A DNA stretch of 64,000 nucleotides from the human T2T-CHM13v2.0 reference genome, Homo sapiens. The first letter of the stretch is position 1. Every line of letters starts with the position of its first letter. Shown here one piece after another: positions 36,330-52,286 of this stretch. Under the pieces are notes generated by a model. That model saw only the letters and a program-made list of their open reading frames with translations. It had not been told where the DNA came from and did not search any database. The stretch lies in NCBI RefSeq assembly GCF_009914755.1, contig NC_060926.1; one strand, written 5' to 3'. The position numbers and the translations under genes were made by a program.

Positions 36330-37275
36330 CATTTTTCTTTGAACTGATTCAAGAATGAGCTGCAGACATTGTTGCATTCACCCCTAAATACTTTAGCATG
36401 CATTTTCAGAGAATAAGAACATTTTCTATTTTCATGGAACAGGCACACTAGTCTTAACAAAATTAGGAAAATTAACACTATTATAATACTAATAACTAAT
36501 AAACAGTCCATATTCAAATTTATTCAACTTTCCCAATAATATTATTTATCTGTTATTTTTTAATTTGATATTCCATCCAGAATTGTGTTTAGTTGTCATA
36601 GTTCTTTGACCTCATGGAATTCTTTAGCCTTTCTTTGTCTTTCATGACATTGACATTTTTAAGGAGTTCAGTCCACTTATTTTATAGAGTGTCCTCAATT
36701 TGATTTTCCTTGTAGTTAGATTCTGGTTTTAAAATTTTGACTGTGTACCAAGAAGTAATGTGGCCCTTTCAGTATATCTTATCAGGAGGCACATAGTATC
36801 AGTTGGTCTCATAATTGATGATATCTTTGAAGGTATTGTCTGCTGTATTTCTCCAAAGTATACTTTCTTCTGTTTAAATTTTCTACTTAATAGAGAAGAG
36901 ATACTTTAAGATGCTATAAATACCCTATTCCTCATCAAACTTTCACCCATGAGTTTTAATACTCATTGATGATTCTTGTATGAATCAATTGTCATTAGGG
37001 TGATTGCCAAATAGTGATTTTTCTAACTCCGTTATTTCTTCTACAATTGTTAATTAACATTCAACTGCAAGAAACAGATTTGTACTTTTCCTTATTTACT
37101 TACATCAGTATGTATTTGCTGATTCTTATTCAATGAATTATAATCTTTTACTATCATTTATTTTGATGCTCAACTTGCCCCAGATTTGGCCAGTGGGAAG
37201 CCCCTTCTAGTTGGTTCCTGTGTCTTACTGACATGACCTCATCATTCTTTGAAGAATAATTACTTTTTAGCACAG
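36330..37275 (-). mobile_element. Ancient L1 3' UTR (L1MC/ME-like)
   Basis: CCCCTAAATACTTTAGCATG and GCCCCAGATTTGGCCAGTGGGAAGCCCCTT motifs. Diverged. Confidence 0.6.
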
Positions 37276-37851
37276 AAAATATCATGCCAAATATTTCAAA
37301 ATGAATATGGAGATTTATATGATTATGTTTTACCAGTTCTTCTCTTTGTATTTGGAAAGGTAACAGTGAGTAATGGCGTGGATGGGTAGTATAAAAAGTC
37401 TGCAGGGTTTATCCTATAATTCTGACCTACCTTAGTTGGAAATGGGAATTTTTTTCAGCTACTAATATATCAGAATTAATTGTTGTGTTGCTTTAGGATT
37501 GTGATGTTATGAAGAGGCAAAGTCAGTCCATTGTACAAGGATGGGAAAAGCCTTTTAATTACTGTCCCTTTTCTGGTTGAGGCTATATTCCCTCTTCTGG
37601 CTTCACCTGATGACAAGGGAAGGCTTCTCGTTCCTCAGAAATTTAGATAGATTAATTTAGACTGTTAATTTTACTATCTGGACCACCCGAGTAACCTTTC
37701 CATGATATCTGTGAATTCTGCACTGGACTTCACTGTGGTTCCCCCAGTTACTGTTTTTCTTTATCTGCAAAAGTTAGCAAGATTAAGACCCCAAGCTGAA
37801 GCAAGGCACATCTTTGCTTCCTGCTGACTTTCATGAGCTGTTGAATCACCT

Positions 37852-38325
37852 TGTGTCAGCCAGGCAGGAGACAGATGGCATGCTGAAATGAGGCATATAG
37901 AAGAATTTCATGAAGGGGACATTTACAAAAGTGTCAGCAATGTTAGGAGAAAGCTACAAGGAATACAAAAGCACTCTCAATGCAGCAGCAGACCTGAAGG
38001 AGCAAGGGGAGGAGTGATTACCTGACCCCAGAGAAAGTAGCTTCAGTTGTATGAGGGGCAGTCTGATTGGAGTATGACTTTTCGGGGAGGAATGAGTCCA
38101 GTGCCAACCCAGCAAAGAAGGAATTGGAGAAGAAATATTCCTATGTCAATCTTCTCTCTCTGGTGCTTTCCCACTGGTGCTTCTCATTGGCCAAACCAAT
38201 TGGGAGCTCAAAGGTAGGAGAGCCCATTTTTGCAATGTGTAGAAGTCACCCTTCTGGGACACACAGAATGATGCAGAAGCAGAGAGAGTGGCTCTGGAGG
38301 AGCAAACACAGTATCCTACACACAT
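37852..38325. mobile_element. Ancient MaLR LTR (MLT1-like)
   Basis: CAGGAGACAGATGGCA and CATTGGCCAAACC motifs. Diverged. Confidence 0.45.
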
Positions 38326-38559
38326 GGCAATTCTAAATTTTTAAATGATGATTTAAGGGTTTCTTTTCATAGCTCAAGGGGTCATCCACCATCACTCTGG
38401 CTTCCATACTTCTCTTCCTCCTAGAATCACTAGCTATCCTCTGACACCAGTTCTTCCTCCTAACAGAGAACACACCTGCTGCTTGTAATTCTGGGAGGTC
38501 ATTACCCCCTACCTCCAGTGACATATCTACCCTAGGTTTTGTTGTCAACGTGGGTATGC

Positions 38560-38562
<3 letters not shown>

Positions 38563-38600
<38 letters not shown>

Positions 38601-38601
38601 C
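38563..38601. repeat. (TG)16(CG)3 microsatellite
   Basis: Read directly from the sequence. Confidence 0.95.
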
Positions 38602-38689
38602 TCCCCTTCTCCCCCAATTTGTAATGTAAAAAATCTCCATATCATTAGAATATTCTGTTAACAAAAAGTGACTGGGCAAACAATAAAAT

Positions 38690-40768
38690 AAAAAATGTAA
38701 TCTTTATTAGTTTTGCACATTTTAAATGTTGGTTAGCATTATTTAGCATAATAGTAGCATTTTCCAGCATGCAGTTCACGAATACAGTTTATCTAAGTAG
38801 TTTTAAGGAAAAGAGGAGCCTATGGTTTGCTTCTGTAAGAAACACAAAATGTCCTGATGTAATTGACTATATAAGTTGACTACTCTGTTTTTGTGGAAAA
38901 AAAAATTATGAAGCCCACATTCTATTTAGAACAATCTAGAGCAGCATTACTCCAAAGAAATGAAAACATAAACCGAAGTCAGAAAAAAAGAACAAAAATA
39001 ACATAAGCACTACCTTCAATTCAGTTAGTGCAGGTACTACCAGAAATATAAATAAAATTTTAAACCCTTTTCCAATTGCAAAGCATAATTTGGATATGAA
39101 TCGTGAACCTATTTTGCTCCTTAAAATTGTGAAATAATCTAAAATTAGCAAATGTAATTTAAAAAGCAGAAATCTACAACTACCCAGTCTTGTTTTCATG
39201 TCTTATTTAGCAAATTTCTTTCATGAAAAAGTACTATGGACAGAAAGTAAGAAAAGTGATTGTGATATCAACCTGAAGATAATTTCCTCTTCATATTTAT
39301 GTACATAATGCTGAAAAATAAAATAAAGTGACTTTTTACAGTATTTATATTTGCTTATAAAATTCTAAACACATATTTAATAGGTTAAGCAGTGTGTTTT
39401 TTTAAACATGTCTGTACAGTCTGGCTATATACCATATGTTATCCACTTAAAATGTAAAAATAACCAAAAAGCTGTTAAAGTGCTGCAAACTATTGCTTAA
39501 TGACTTAAATAAATGAGATCTGTTGAACAATTTCCTTGACTTTACCACTGACATATGGTTTCTCATAAATGAGATTCTGAGCAGTGAGAGAAACCAGATA
39601 CAGCAGCATGGTAATATAAACATGCATTGATAGCATCCAAACTATCTATAAATGGTACAGAATACATTTTATTACCTGTGTAAAGCTTGCACTCTACATT
39701 TCTTGTGGTACATATTTGATGCAATAAATACTGTGCTTAGGTCATTATTTGTTTGCTCAAACGTGCACCACAGGGTAAAATGACTATTTACATAATAAAT
39801 AGCATTTCATTAACATATACAGTGTCAACCTTGCTGAGAGCCGAAGATGGCTAAACAAAGTGCAGGAAAAAGCAGAAATTTATAAAGAGTAATTTTGGTC
39901 AATTCAGTCTTCTGGCGGTGGAGGGTGAGGGGCAATATTCACTATTCAGGTTTTTTTTTTAATACAACAAAAAGAAACATAACATTTATGACTCCAAACA
40001 TTTGAATGAAGTTTGCACCTGCTAAGATTTACTGGCCTACCCACAAACAATCTACTTGGTCTAGGGGCTGGATTTCGCAAAACAAGATCAACAAAGCACC
40101 TCCACTTATCACCCAATTACCCCTCCCAGAAATATGGTGAAATTTAAGAATTTGTTTTTCTTGTGACTTTTTCTCATGCATGATCTCTAAGTGCAGCATG
40201 CCCTCATGCAAACCACGACTTTGTGTAGCTGGGAGGGCCATGTGGTTGCCATACCCCCCAGGTGGCATACCTGTTATAGAGGTCCTTAGCCTATTTCTCA
40301 ACAGAAACTTCGTTTACAAAAATAGTCACATATAATAAACACATGGATTAACAAAAAGATGAATCCACTAACAGATTCCATAAAAATGTGACAAATGTGG
40401 CAGTTGAAATGCAAACAGTGGATACAATTACTACACTAAAGTGTTTCATGTTAAACAACCCCAAAATCACAGGTTTGCACCCCTTGAAACTGGTCCCTAC
40501 AGTCTGACTAGCCATTGTGCATCTTATCTTCAGCAGTGTCAGCTGGTAGTGAGAACAGTAACCTCCTGTCAAGGTCATCTCCCCTTTACACAGAGTCACA
40601 GTTTGCTGACAAGGGGTCACTGTCTTATTGTAGGCACTGACCTTAAGGAGATTTGTGTAAAAACAGTCAGTTTGGCATTGACCTCCTAAAGGAGTCCTGT
40701 TGATAAAAATACATCACCTTCACAGGCTGTAAACAATTTGTCACCCAATTATTTTTATTTATTTTCAT
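38690..40768 (-). other. SCN1A: SCN1A 3' UTR (~2.1 kb form; longer forms possible)
   Basis: Repeat-free AU-rich sequence between the stop codon and the poly-A signal. Confidence 0.75.
38703..38708 (-). terminator. SCN1A: Likely SCN1A polyadenylation signal AATAAA
   Basis: Minus-strand AATAAA followed by U/GU-rich TTTTTTATTTTATTGTTTG, at the end of a repeat-free ~2.1 kb UTR. Confidence 0.7.
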
Positions 40769-42013
<1,245 letters not shown>

Positions 42014-42701
42014 CTAAAGCTCCAAGGTAAGGTTCAGAGTCCTGAACCCAGTTATATTAAATATGACAACTATATATAATATATATATAATTGTACATAA
42101 TATATTATAAATCTTAATTTTGAAATTCAGCAATAATTTCAATTATAAGGATTATAGTACTTTTTTTTATCTTTAAGAGATGTTTATAAACTACTTTTAG
42201 TTTATGTAAAGTCCCAAGTCAGAATTTAAAAAGAAAATAAGTTAAAAATGCACATTTGGCCGAACAGTAGCAGCCCAACAGTATAGGTACAAGTTTATAT
42301 GTATACAGTGACTTTTTCTGAAATTGCCATATTCTAAATTCTCTATTTACTCCTTTTCCATCTGAAAGTATTGGTAGCTTTTGATGCTACTTTCATCTCC
42401 CCATGATCTTGGTACTTACTTAAATTCCACTCTAATATTTTTATATACTCATTTATGTATGTTCTGGTGCATTTCTGAAAGGATCCCAGGTTGATGCTCT
42501 TTTTAGTATCCTGTACTTAATGTTGTATTTCAATTCTTTTTGGTCTCCTGTACCTAACACTGTAATCTCAGTCTTCTTATTTTCAGCTTCTCTCTCCATT
42601 TGCTTTTTAGATAAAAACAATACTTGTAAAGTTAAAAAGAAGAGCTCAAGAAACTAAATGCCTTCAAGTTTAAATGCCTCATTCTGAAAAGACGAAGTGT
42701 A

Positions 42702-42704
<3 letters not shown>

Positions 42705-42762
<58 letters not shown>
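42705..42762. repeat. (GT)20(GA)9 compound microsatellite
   Basis: Read directly from the sequence. Confidence 0.95.
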
Positions 42763-43644
42763 AGGAGACGTGTGAGAATACAACTTTTATACCTTAGCCA
42801 CACTAGTTATAACCAAGGATTATAATTAGTGGGAATCAAAGGCTATATACAATGAGCTGGATATAAGGCCAGTTTCTTCAGAGAGGGGAGTGGCATGAAA
42901 ATCTGTCCAACACAGGTGCCTCGTTTTGGATAGTAAAATATTGACCCAATCATATCATCCTGTTTAGGGAAGAATGAATAGGCCCACAGACAGATGCTTT
43001 TTACTTTACTAGAGCTTTAGTTTTGTCTAATGAAATGAGCTATTGCTCATGAGGCTAGTTATGTGTTCCAGGCTTTGAAGTATAGTACTGATGATGTCCC
43101 ATGCCACCTTATTTCCCTTGTGCATCATTATGATAAACCCATTTTTAAGGTAGTCTAGAAAATCTCTACATGACACTTGCAGAGAACCTACTATATGCAT
43201 TTGCTAATGTTTAGTCCTTGTCTTTATTCTCTTTTTATGCAATACTTTTCCTTATCTTGAAACCACTTTCCACTAATATCTATATGCTGGTGACTCCATG
43301 TCTATTCTCTAAAGCAATTTTCGTGAGTACCAGACTACATTTCTAGTCTTGTTAACAGAACCATCTAGATACTATATTGGTTCTTCAATCTCAACATGTC
43401 AAAAACATTTTTATTTTAGTTAATAGCACAGTTCTAGTTCAAATGAATGAGGTTTTACTACATTTACACTAAGTATATTGTTCTAAATGGATAGAATAAG
43501 AAACAATACTGACATATAGTAGGAGACATTTTGTTAAAAAAACAAACACACTTGGATAAAATGTATCAAAATATTTACAGTGATTATCTCTGATTGCTGG
43601 GATGATCTTGAATCTAATCTTGATTGTTTCAGCTTTCACTTTTA

Positions 43645-43992
<348 letters not shown>

Positions 43993-45531
43993 TCATGTGC
44001 ATTAGCATTAAGTACTTTCTGCATTAATTGACTTTCTAGTTTCTTGCAAAGTAGTCATTGGCCCTGATTTTTGTAAGAATGATTTATAGCATATTAATTG
44101 TTAAAATTTAGTTATTTAAATTGCCATTTACTAATGTGTATTTCTCAGAATAACAATCCCTTATCCAAAGAAGGTTTCTGATAAAAACAAACAAACAAAC
44201 AAACAAACAAACAAAAGAAACATTCAACACTGTATACTTCTTCCAGAGGTATGCAACACATATCAACATTTTAAGATTATGAAAAGGTAAGAAACCCATT
44301 TAATTTTTTTTTCAAGACTTTCCAATGATCAGCTGGACCATACATCCATTTTAAAATATAGTACTATTAATATTTCACTTGTTGTATTCTCAAATAATTG
44401 TTAAGGAGAATTTGGAATTTCCAAGACACATCTATAACATTATGCATTTAAATACCACATATGGCAATACTCATATTCTTCTACCAAATAGCCTTGGCTA
44501 ACATTGTCAGACACAGAATCCTGAAACTGCACAAGGATAATGAGACCAGAATGACATTTCCTATATGTTTATGTCAAAAAAAACTTCACGTTCTTTGTCG
44601 TTGATCTGTGATTCTGCTTCCCATTTCTGCCACTGCTAGTCACTGAAGGCCATCTGCAGGCTTATTTCTTTGGGCCACTGAGGAATTCTGAGGGAATTTT
44701 CCAACTTATATTTTTCCTAAATTGTTGTTTCATTTCTACTCTTAGTGCTAAATTTTAATGGAGAAAGTATATATTTCTCATCATTCTCAGGAAGGCAATA
44801 TTCAATCATCACAATATGAATATTTGCTAGTAGTTTTTTCCTTGATGCACCCTAGGAATTACTGAAACCTCTCAGATCATCATCATAAAAATATTTATAG
44901 TGTGGGATAATAGCTGTACATTTTCATAGCAATTTGTTTATTTCATCATGGAAGCATGAGTATTGTTATTTATCATCATAAACTGTAATTACTGACCCTG
45001 ACTTCTGCAGACATTAGTAATACCTAACTCTATAGCCATACATATGAATAGTAGATACTGGAATTCTTTCCTCCTTTAAAACACTTAGTATCTCTAGTGA
45101 AAAATAAAATAGAAGTAAGGTGTTATTTCACTCAACACTTCATTTCTTAAAATATTAGGAAATTGCATTTCTTACAGCCCCATCCCAAGGTTTACTTCTT
45201 TCCCTGATATTACTTGGCAACCATTCTTGAGTTGTGTGATTAACTTTCTCTTGTGCACATCACATTGTCTATGTGTCCATTGGCCAATTAATATGGATTG
45301 TAATGGGGTGCTTCTAAATCTCTTGAAGTCAAGGGTGTATCTTCTATTTCTTCTTGTTCTTTTTTGGTCTTTAATTTTTTTTGTTGTTACCATTATCATA
45401 AAAGATACAAACATCACTTTTAGATGATGCTCTACAAGTGAAAGAAATTTTTTCTACTGGAAATGTTAGCTACTTTCTTTTTTGTGAGACAAGCATGCAA
45501 GTTTTTGTTTTTGTATTTTTCCCCCATATCA

Positions 45532-45705
<174 letters not shown>

Positions 45706-47571
45706 TCAATGTTAAAATAGAAAATGGATGGCTAAAAAAAGAAATACAAAATTCAACTGATTAGTATAATTATATCTGGGATTTAAAATGTAAAAAAAAT
45801 TGTACTCTTTAGGTATGATAATATTTAATTCCCTAAATAATTCAAAATTGACTTTATTATTATTATCTTATGAAGACAAACACCCCCAAATCTCAAAAAG
45901 GTTAAGTATTTTACCCAAGACCTTATGCTTAGTGAGTGGCGAAATTTGGTTCACTGAGATAATAAATACTTGGTACCTTATACTATACATACTACCTTTA
46001 TGATGTTAAAGGCAATAATTTTCTTATTTAAATGTAGCAAAGAGTTAGAGGATGTATACTGCAAGACAGTTTGGAGTTACTCATTAAAAAAGTCACTCTA
46101 ACTCTGTCAAGAATTGGAGGAAAGGGATAAAAAGAAAACTGGATGAGTTAGTGAGAGATTTAGGGGATAAATCAGAGCTCATAGCATAGTAAGTATGGGA
46201 CAGACCAGTAGGGATAGAAGATTGGAACACTGGCAAGTAAGTGAAATAGAGTAGCCTGATATTGACTTAAGAATACTACTGGTAATAAGAAAAGGGAATT
46301 GAGGGGAGAATGTTCTGTAGTCTAAGAAAGCACTCATTCATTATACAAAAAGCAAACCTACTGAACAAGTGAGATGAAGCAACAGTACATAAAGGAAGAA
46401 ATACAAATGGCCAATGAGCATTTAAGAACATGTTCAAATGTAATAAAATACATAAAAGTCATAACAATTAAGGTTATAAAAGTCATAAAAATTAAAATTA
46501 AATACAGTTTTCACCTATTAAATATCAAATATTCAAAAACAGAATGTTTGGTGACAGTGAGGGAACGGTGGCATGGGTGTTCATACACTGTTATTGGGAG
46601 TTTGAGTAGTTATATTACTCTAGGGGAGTAAAATACTTCATTGTGGGAATTTATTCTCAGGAAATAATTAAAGCCTTATTTTCTGTCCCTCTCTCTTTTT
46701 TTTTGTACAAAACTTTCAACAAGGTACTATTTAAATCATTAAAGATTAAAAACAATCTAAATTATCAACCTACTGGGGAATGAATAAGTAAATTATGATA
46801 ATGCATATATGAAGACTTAACAAAATGAGAAAATACTTATGTTAAGTCTAAAGTGGAATTTATAATTATAGATAAAAAGTACAACAATAAGAGTATGTGC
46901 AGAAATACTCTGAACAGAAAACAAAATGTGAATGGCAGCAGTTACTTCCAAGTGATGATATTTATTTACTTTCCATATGTTCTATAATGTACATAGGTAA
47001 TTGGGACAATCAAATGAGCCTTATAAATGATAAATAATAGTCATACAATTCAAGACTGAAACGGATAGCTTGTATTTAAATATCTTGGAGAAAGAAATGG
47101 GAATATATAAAAGAAATCAATGACAGAAAAAAGCGTAAAAATAAACACTAGAAGAAGCTTACATCCAGTGCCTAATTTATTGCAAAGAATTAGTTGGAAA
47201 ATATATTTTCAAGGGGGAGTGGGTAGTTGTAGGGATAAAGTAACAAATTGCTTTTGGGAAAGAGGCATATTCGGTTGCTTTCTAGTTTTATTCTAATTAT
47301 TATTTTTTAAAAGATAGAAAATGTTTCTTGATAATGAATAAGAGGAGGAAAAACTTTATGAACCTATGAACAAGAGTGTGGAACACAGTTATTCTTAGCT
47401 TTCTATAGCCGGAAATATATGGATAGTGAATGACAGAGGAAGAGGAAGGAAAAATCAGTTATAATATATACTCCCATTTTGTTTCTAAATTCAAGTACTC
47501 ATTTGGCAGAGAAAACACTCCAAGGAATAATTTTCTATCTCAGTGGGAGAGAAAATATTAGAAATACTTAT

Positions 47572-47709
47572 CTTCTTTTTCTGCTGGTTGAAATTATCTA
47601 TGATGACACCAATAAACAGGTTCAAGGTGAAGAAGGACCCAAAGATGATGAAAATAACAAAGTAAAGATACATGTACAGACTTTCTTCATACTTAGGCTG
47701 GAGTTCCAC
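47572..47709 (-). CDS. SCN1A: SCN1A exon 23 (138 nt), DIII S6
   Basis: GGTAG|[15 protein letters not shown]...DNFNQQKKK. Donor |ATAAGT. Confidence 0.97.
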
Positions 47710-48584
47710 CTACCAAAGGGGAATATTTTGTAAAATATTACCATACATTTTAGTGCTGGAAATGTCACTGGTGCTTTTTCATAACAATAGAAAAAATTAT
47801 TCTTACTAATATGTCAGCATTTTTTTTTTTTCTGAATCAACTACCTCTAAAAAACATCCCTGAAATTGGCCTTTAGGGATGTTTTCATGTGAAAAATATG
47901 GCTATTATGACATTCTAAAATCTATTTTTATAACTATAAATACAAATAATATTCTTCCATTTGAACAGTAATGTGCTAAATTTGCAAGCTTTTAAGGTAC
48001 TGAATTTTAGTAATTTTAAAATTATTAATAAAAAATTTAAAACTGTAAATATCTACAGGCTAGGTTTAGAAACAGTCATTCATGTATGCATGAAATAATG
48101 TAGCAAATAAGAAATGAGTTGTTCATTCAGATGTTTGGCACTTTACCCTAAAGTAACAGTTATTGAATTTTTCAGATTAAGTAGACATAGATGGACAGTC
48201 CATTTTATAAATCCTCAGTTGATTATTTAATTCCTAGATTGTGCTTAAAACAAATGGGCTATTACTTATAATTTAGTAATGGACTGAAAGGTCACTATAG
48301 TTTTTTAACAGATTCATGTCCTTCTAAAAGCAACAAAGTTAAAAACCAACTAAACACACAAAACAAAATATAAGTGACAAAGTGAAATAAAACAACTCTG
48401 GAGGTTATCAAAATGATATTCAACATAAAACTAAAGCTATTTGAAATGCACTTCAAGAAAGATAACATCAAACTCTATCAGGTTGAAGACTGCAGGGACA
48501 GAGGTTATTCTTTATGATGATAAACTAAACAGATGGGACTTGAGAATAGAAAGATGAAGGTTGATAGAAAATACTACATCTTAC

Positions 48585-48640
48585 AAAGTTTTGAAGAGCA
48601 AAGTTGGAATGAGCATGAATTTCAGTTTAGGTCTTGGAGC
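48585..48640 (-). other. Candidate poison (NMD) exon in SCN1A intron 22, 56 nt (66 nt with the upstream AG)
   Basis: TATTTTATTTGATTTCAGCCTCTTTCAG|GCTCC...ACTTT|GTAAGA. Confidence 0.5.
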
Positions 48641-49208
48641 CTGAAAGAGGCTGAAATCAAATAAAATAGGTTTATATTTTGGTGATATACACTTAAAGGA
48701 ATCTGTTGGTCACAGAAGTGATTGCAACATTAGTAAAGGCTCCAGTCAATTTATGAATGCAAAAATCATATAAAAACATTCTTTTATATGGTTTAAAATA
48801 GGATTATTTGAAAGAAATCATCACAGTAATCTAAGGCTGACAGAACAATATCCATAACTTTTCATGCTGTCTAATATGGAGGGTGACTATACATTTCAAC
48901 TAATGATAGAAATCATATATTTCTTCAAATTTGGTCCCGCACACTAAAATTACTACTAATTATATAATGTGTGGATAAATAGGAAACAAAATAGAAAATA
49001 TTTAAAAGGAAAATATTTGTTAGTTACTAAATACATGAATTTGTTACTTTGGTTTTCAAAATAATTCATGTGTTGAATTATCTTAGTAAGATCTTTCTGA
49101 TAAACATTGCTATGCTTGAATATTTACCTGTCACACTTTTTCCCAAATATTTTAAATCAAGATAGAATCATTTCATTTGGTCGTTTATGCTTTATTCGAT
49201 TAATTTTA

Positions 49209-49310
<102 letters not shown>

Positions 49311-49806
49311 CTATTAAGAAGGACATGCATGTTTTACTTTGGAGTAAAAATAATTTAGACCTGATGTTTAATAAATATTCTTACTGATATAATTTTCAAA
49401 AGGGAATATTTTTGAAAGACATTTCAAAACAAATTTTACACAGATTTTGGACCAAGACAGTATTTTAGTATGGCTTTTCATTTCTAGAACACATATTGAA
49501 CAAAATGGCCATTTGATATATCCTCCCCTTGATAACCAACTCACAAGCACTTTTCAATTCTTTAGAGTTCATGGTGTCATGATATTTAAAGCAGTATTAA
49601 AATTTGCTGGAGCACTTTTTAGAAAGTCTTACAAATGCCAACACATGGGTCAATAGCTCTATCAGCCAAATAATTACAACTTAGATCTAAGGATCATCTG
49701 CTAAAATTTATCTGCAGGGTGATCAAAGTGATTGAAAATTTAAGATTTCTCTTTATTGTAACAATGTAAGGATAGTACCAGGATACATAAAGGCAGGGTT
49801 GCAACT

Positions 49807-49883
49807 ATCCTTTTAAGAATTTTGGAGCAAAACATTTAGAAATACAATCCTTTTAAGAATTTTGCATCAAAACATTCAGAAAT
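49807..49883. repeat. 40-bp tandem duplication
   Basis: ATCCTTTTAAGAATTTTG...CAAAACATT.AGAAATA occurs twice. Confidence 0.85.
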
Positions 49884-50672
49884 AACCCCCTATTCTATTT
49901 TCTTTCTGAAATTCTTGAAGATAATAAGTTAATATGAATAAGAAATGTGAACAATAGTACAGCAGACACTTGGCACTCACAGGATGAAGGATACTCAGGC
50001 TAACAACTTACAGTAATTTGTTACTTGTCCTGGGGCATGAATTTTGAGTCCTGTGGGCCTAAAAGGATTATCCCTTAGCTAGTGAGGGAGGTTAGCAAAG
50101 CCTTTAGCGTCTGTATCACAATATATCTTTGTTCTGATAACGCTAACCCTTGTGAGGTGGTGGATATCATGAGACAAAAGCTAAGCAAGGGTGTGGGTGA
50201 CAGCAGTGAAAAGAAAGTAATGATTCCTAGCTAGAAAGTACAAGGCTTTTGTATATGAAAGAGAGAGAGATGTGTTAAATATGTCAGTGGCTTAGGTCAA
50301 TGATAGAACAATTCCATTACACACTTGGTATAGAAACAAAAAAGTGATTCAAGGGACCATTTCAATGACTTACTAATCAATAGAGAGGTGATTCTATAAA
50401 AGCCAAATGTGAAGCAGTATTTTAGAGGGTTTTTTTTTTTTTTGGTGGCAGAATTTATTTAGTAGCTTTGTGCAGGACCATCACTGTATTTTCAGAATTG
50501 CTTACATTTTAAAGGATTGCTTAAAATTTTTAATTTTTCTTTCCTCAAATTTATGGAGGAGGTGGTTGCTTTAGTGATATTTACAAGTATGGTCATTAGT
50601 TAAGGGTTAGAATAAGTGCCCAAATAAATATCATCATGTGTCGACAATTTTTAAAGAAAGCATTCTTGCTAG

Positions 50673-50852
<180 letters not shown>

Positions 50853-51409
50853 TAATTGCATGAATATTATTCAGAGTAGATCAAAAATGTTAAGAAGAGA
50901 AATAAGAATTTCCAACAAAAAGGTGGGAAGAATTTGTAAAGTAATCATAGTTGACACCTCTGGAAGAGCTGCAAAAGGGTTTTGACCAGTGTTGGTTTGT
51001 TTGCTTAGTTAGTCTTCTGGTTGAACAGTTGAAATCATAACCTTGGTGAGCAAAAATTGATTTCTGCCCTAAAGACACTGTAGAACCACAAGGGAAGAAA
51101 GAAATTGTACAGTCTTTTTTTTTTAAGCTGAGTTTTCAAATAATCTGGACTCTTATTTTATTCCCTGCTTTGTTGTGGTGCTGCTGCAGCTAGAAGCAGA
51201 ATCAAATGAAAATGTTTAAAGGGCTACCTTTTTTAAATATAAATTATAAACTATTTTTCTTGGAGACCCAGTCTTAGAGACCCAGTAGTGAAAACATTAA
51301 TATTTAGGACAAAATAGACTTAAATAATGGTGCTGAAAGGTCATTTGAGATAAGACAACAGCTGCTTTTGCTTCATTTTTGTTTCTAGTTGCTTCCAGGT
51401 ATAATTCTC

Positions 51410-51414
<5 letters not shown>

Positions 51415-51440
<26 letters not shown>

Positions 51441-51501
51441 GATGGAGTTTCACTCTTTGTTGCCCAGGCTGGAGTGCAGTGGCACCCACCGCTATGCCTG
51501 G
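51415..51501 (-). mobile_element. Short, internally deleted Alu fragment with a long T tail
   Basis: T25, then GATGGAGTTTCACTC..GCCCAGGCTGGAGTGCAGTGGCAC joined to CCACC..ATGCCTGG. Confidence 0.75.
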
Positions 51502-51983
51502 TTCTAATTCTAAAACCTAAATGTCATACCCCAAACTTTGATCCAAATAATAGAACTCAGCAGCAGTTAATCCCTACCAATTAATTACAATCCAATTAGG
51601 TGTATTAAGTGTATGTGTTTTGGAAGATGATCTATCTGTTAAGTGTATTCCGTTTTGGTAGCTGATCAGGGAAACAAGCCTTCTAATCACAATAAAAAAT
51701 GGCAAAGTTACTGATTTATTAATTTACTTGTTTATATAGAAAGAGCAATATAGAAACAAAGAAAATACAAGAAAAAAGACAAAGAGGTCTTTGTTTGGTC
51801 TGGTCACTACTGACTATATCTGCAGTCCTTACATGTAATAAAGTTTTCACCCATCTGGGCTCATAAACTTGTACTAACAAATTGAAATTTTTTAAATAGA
51901 AAGAAATATATACTTTTTCTTAGGAACTAAATAATAGATGTATGTCATTATTTTGTTATTATTCCAAACAATAAAAATATTCA

Positions 51984-52286
<303 letters not shown>

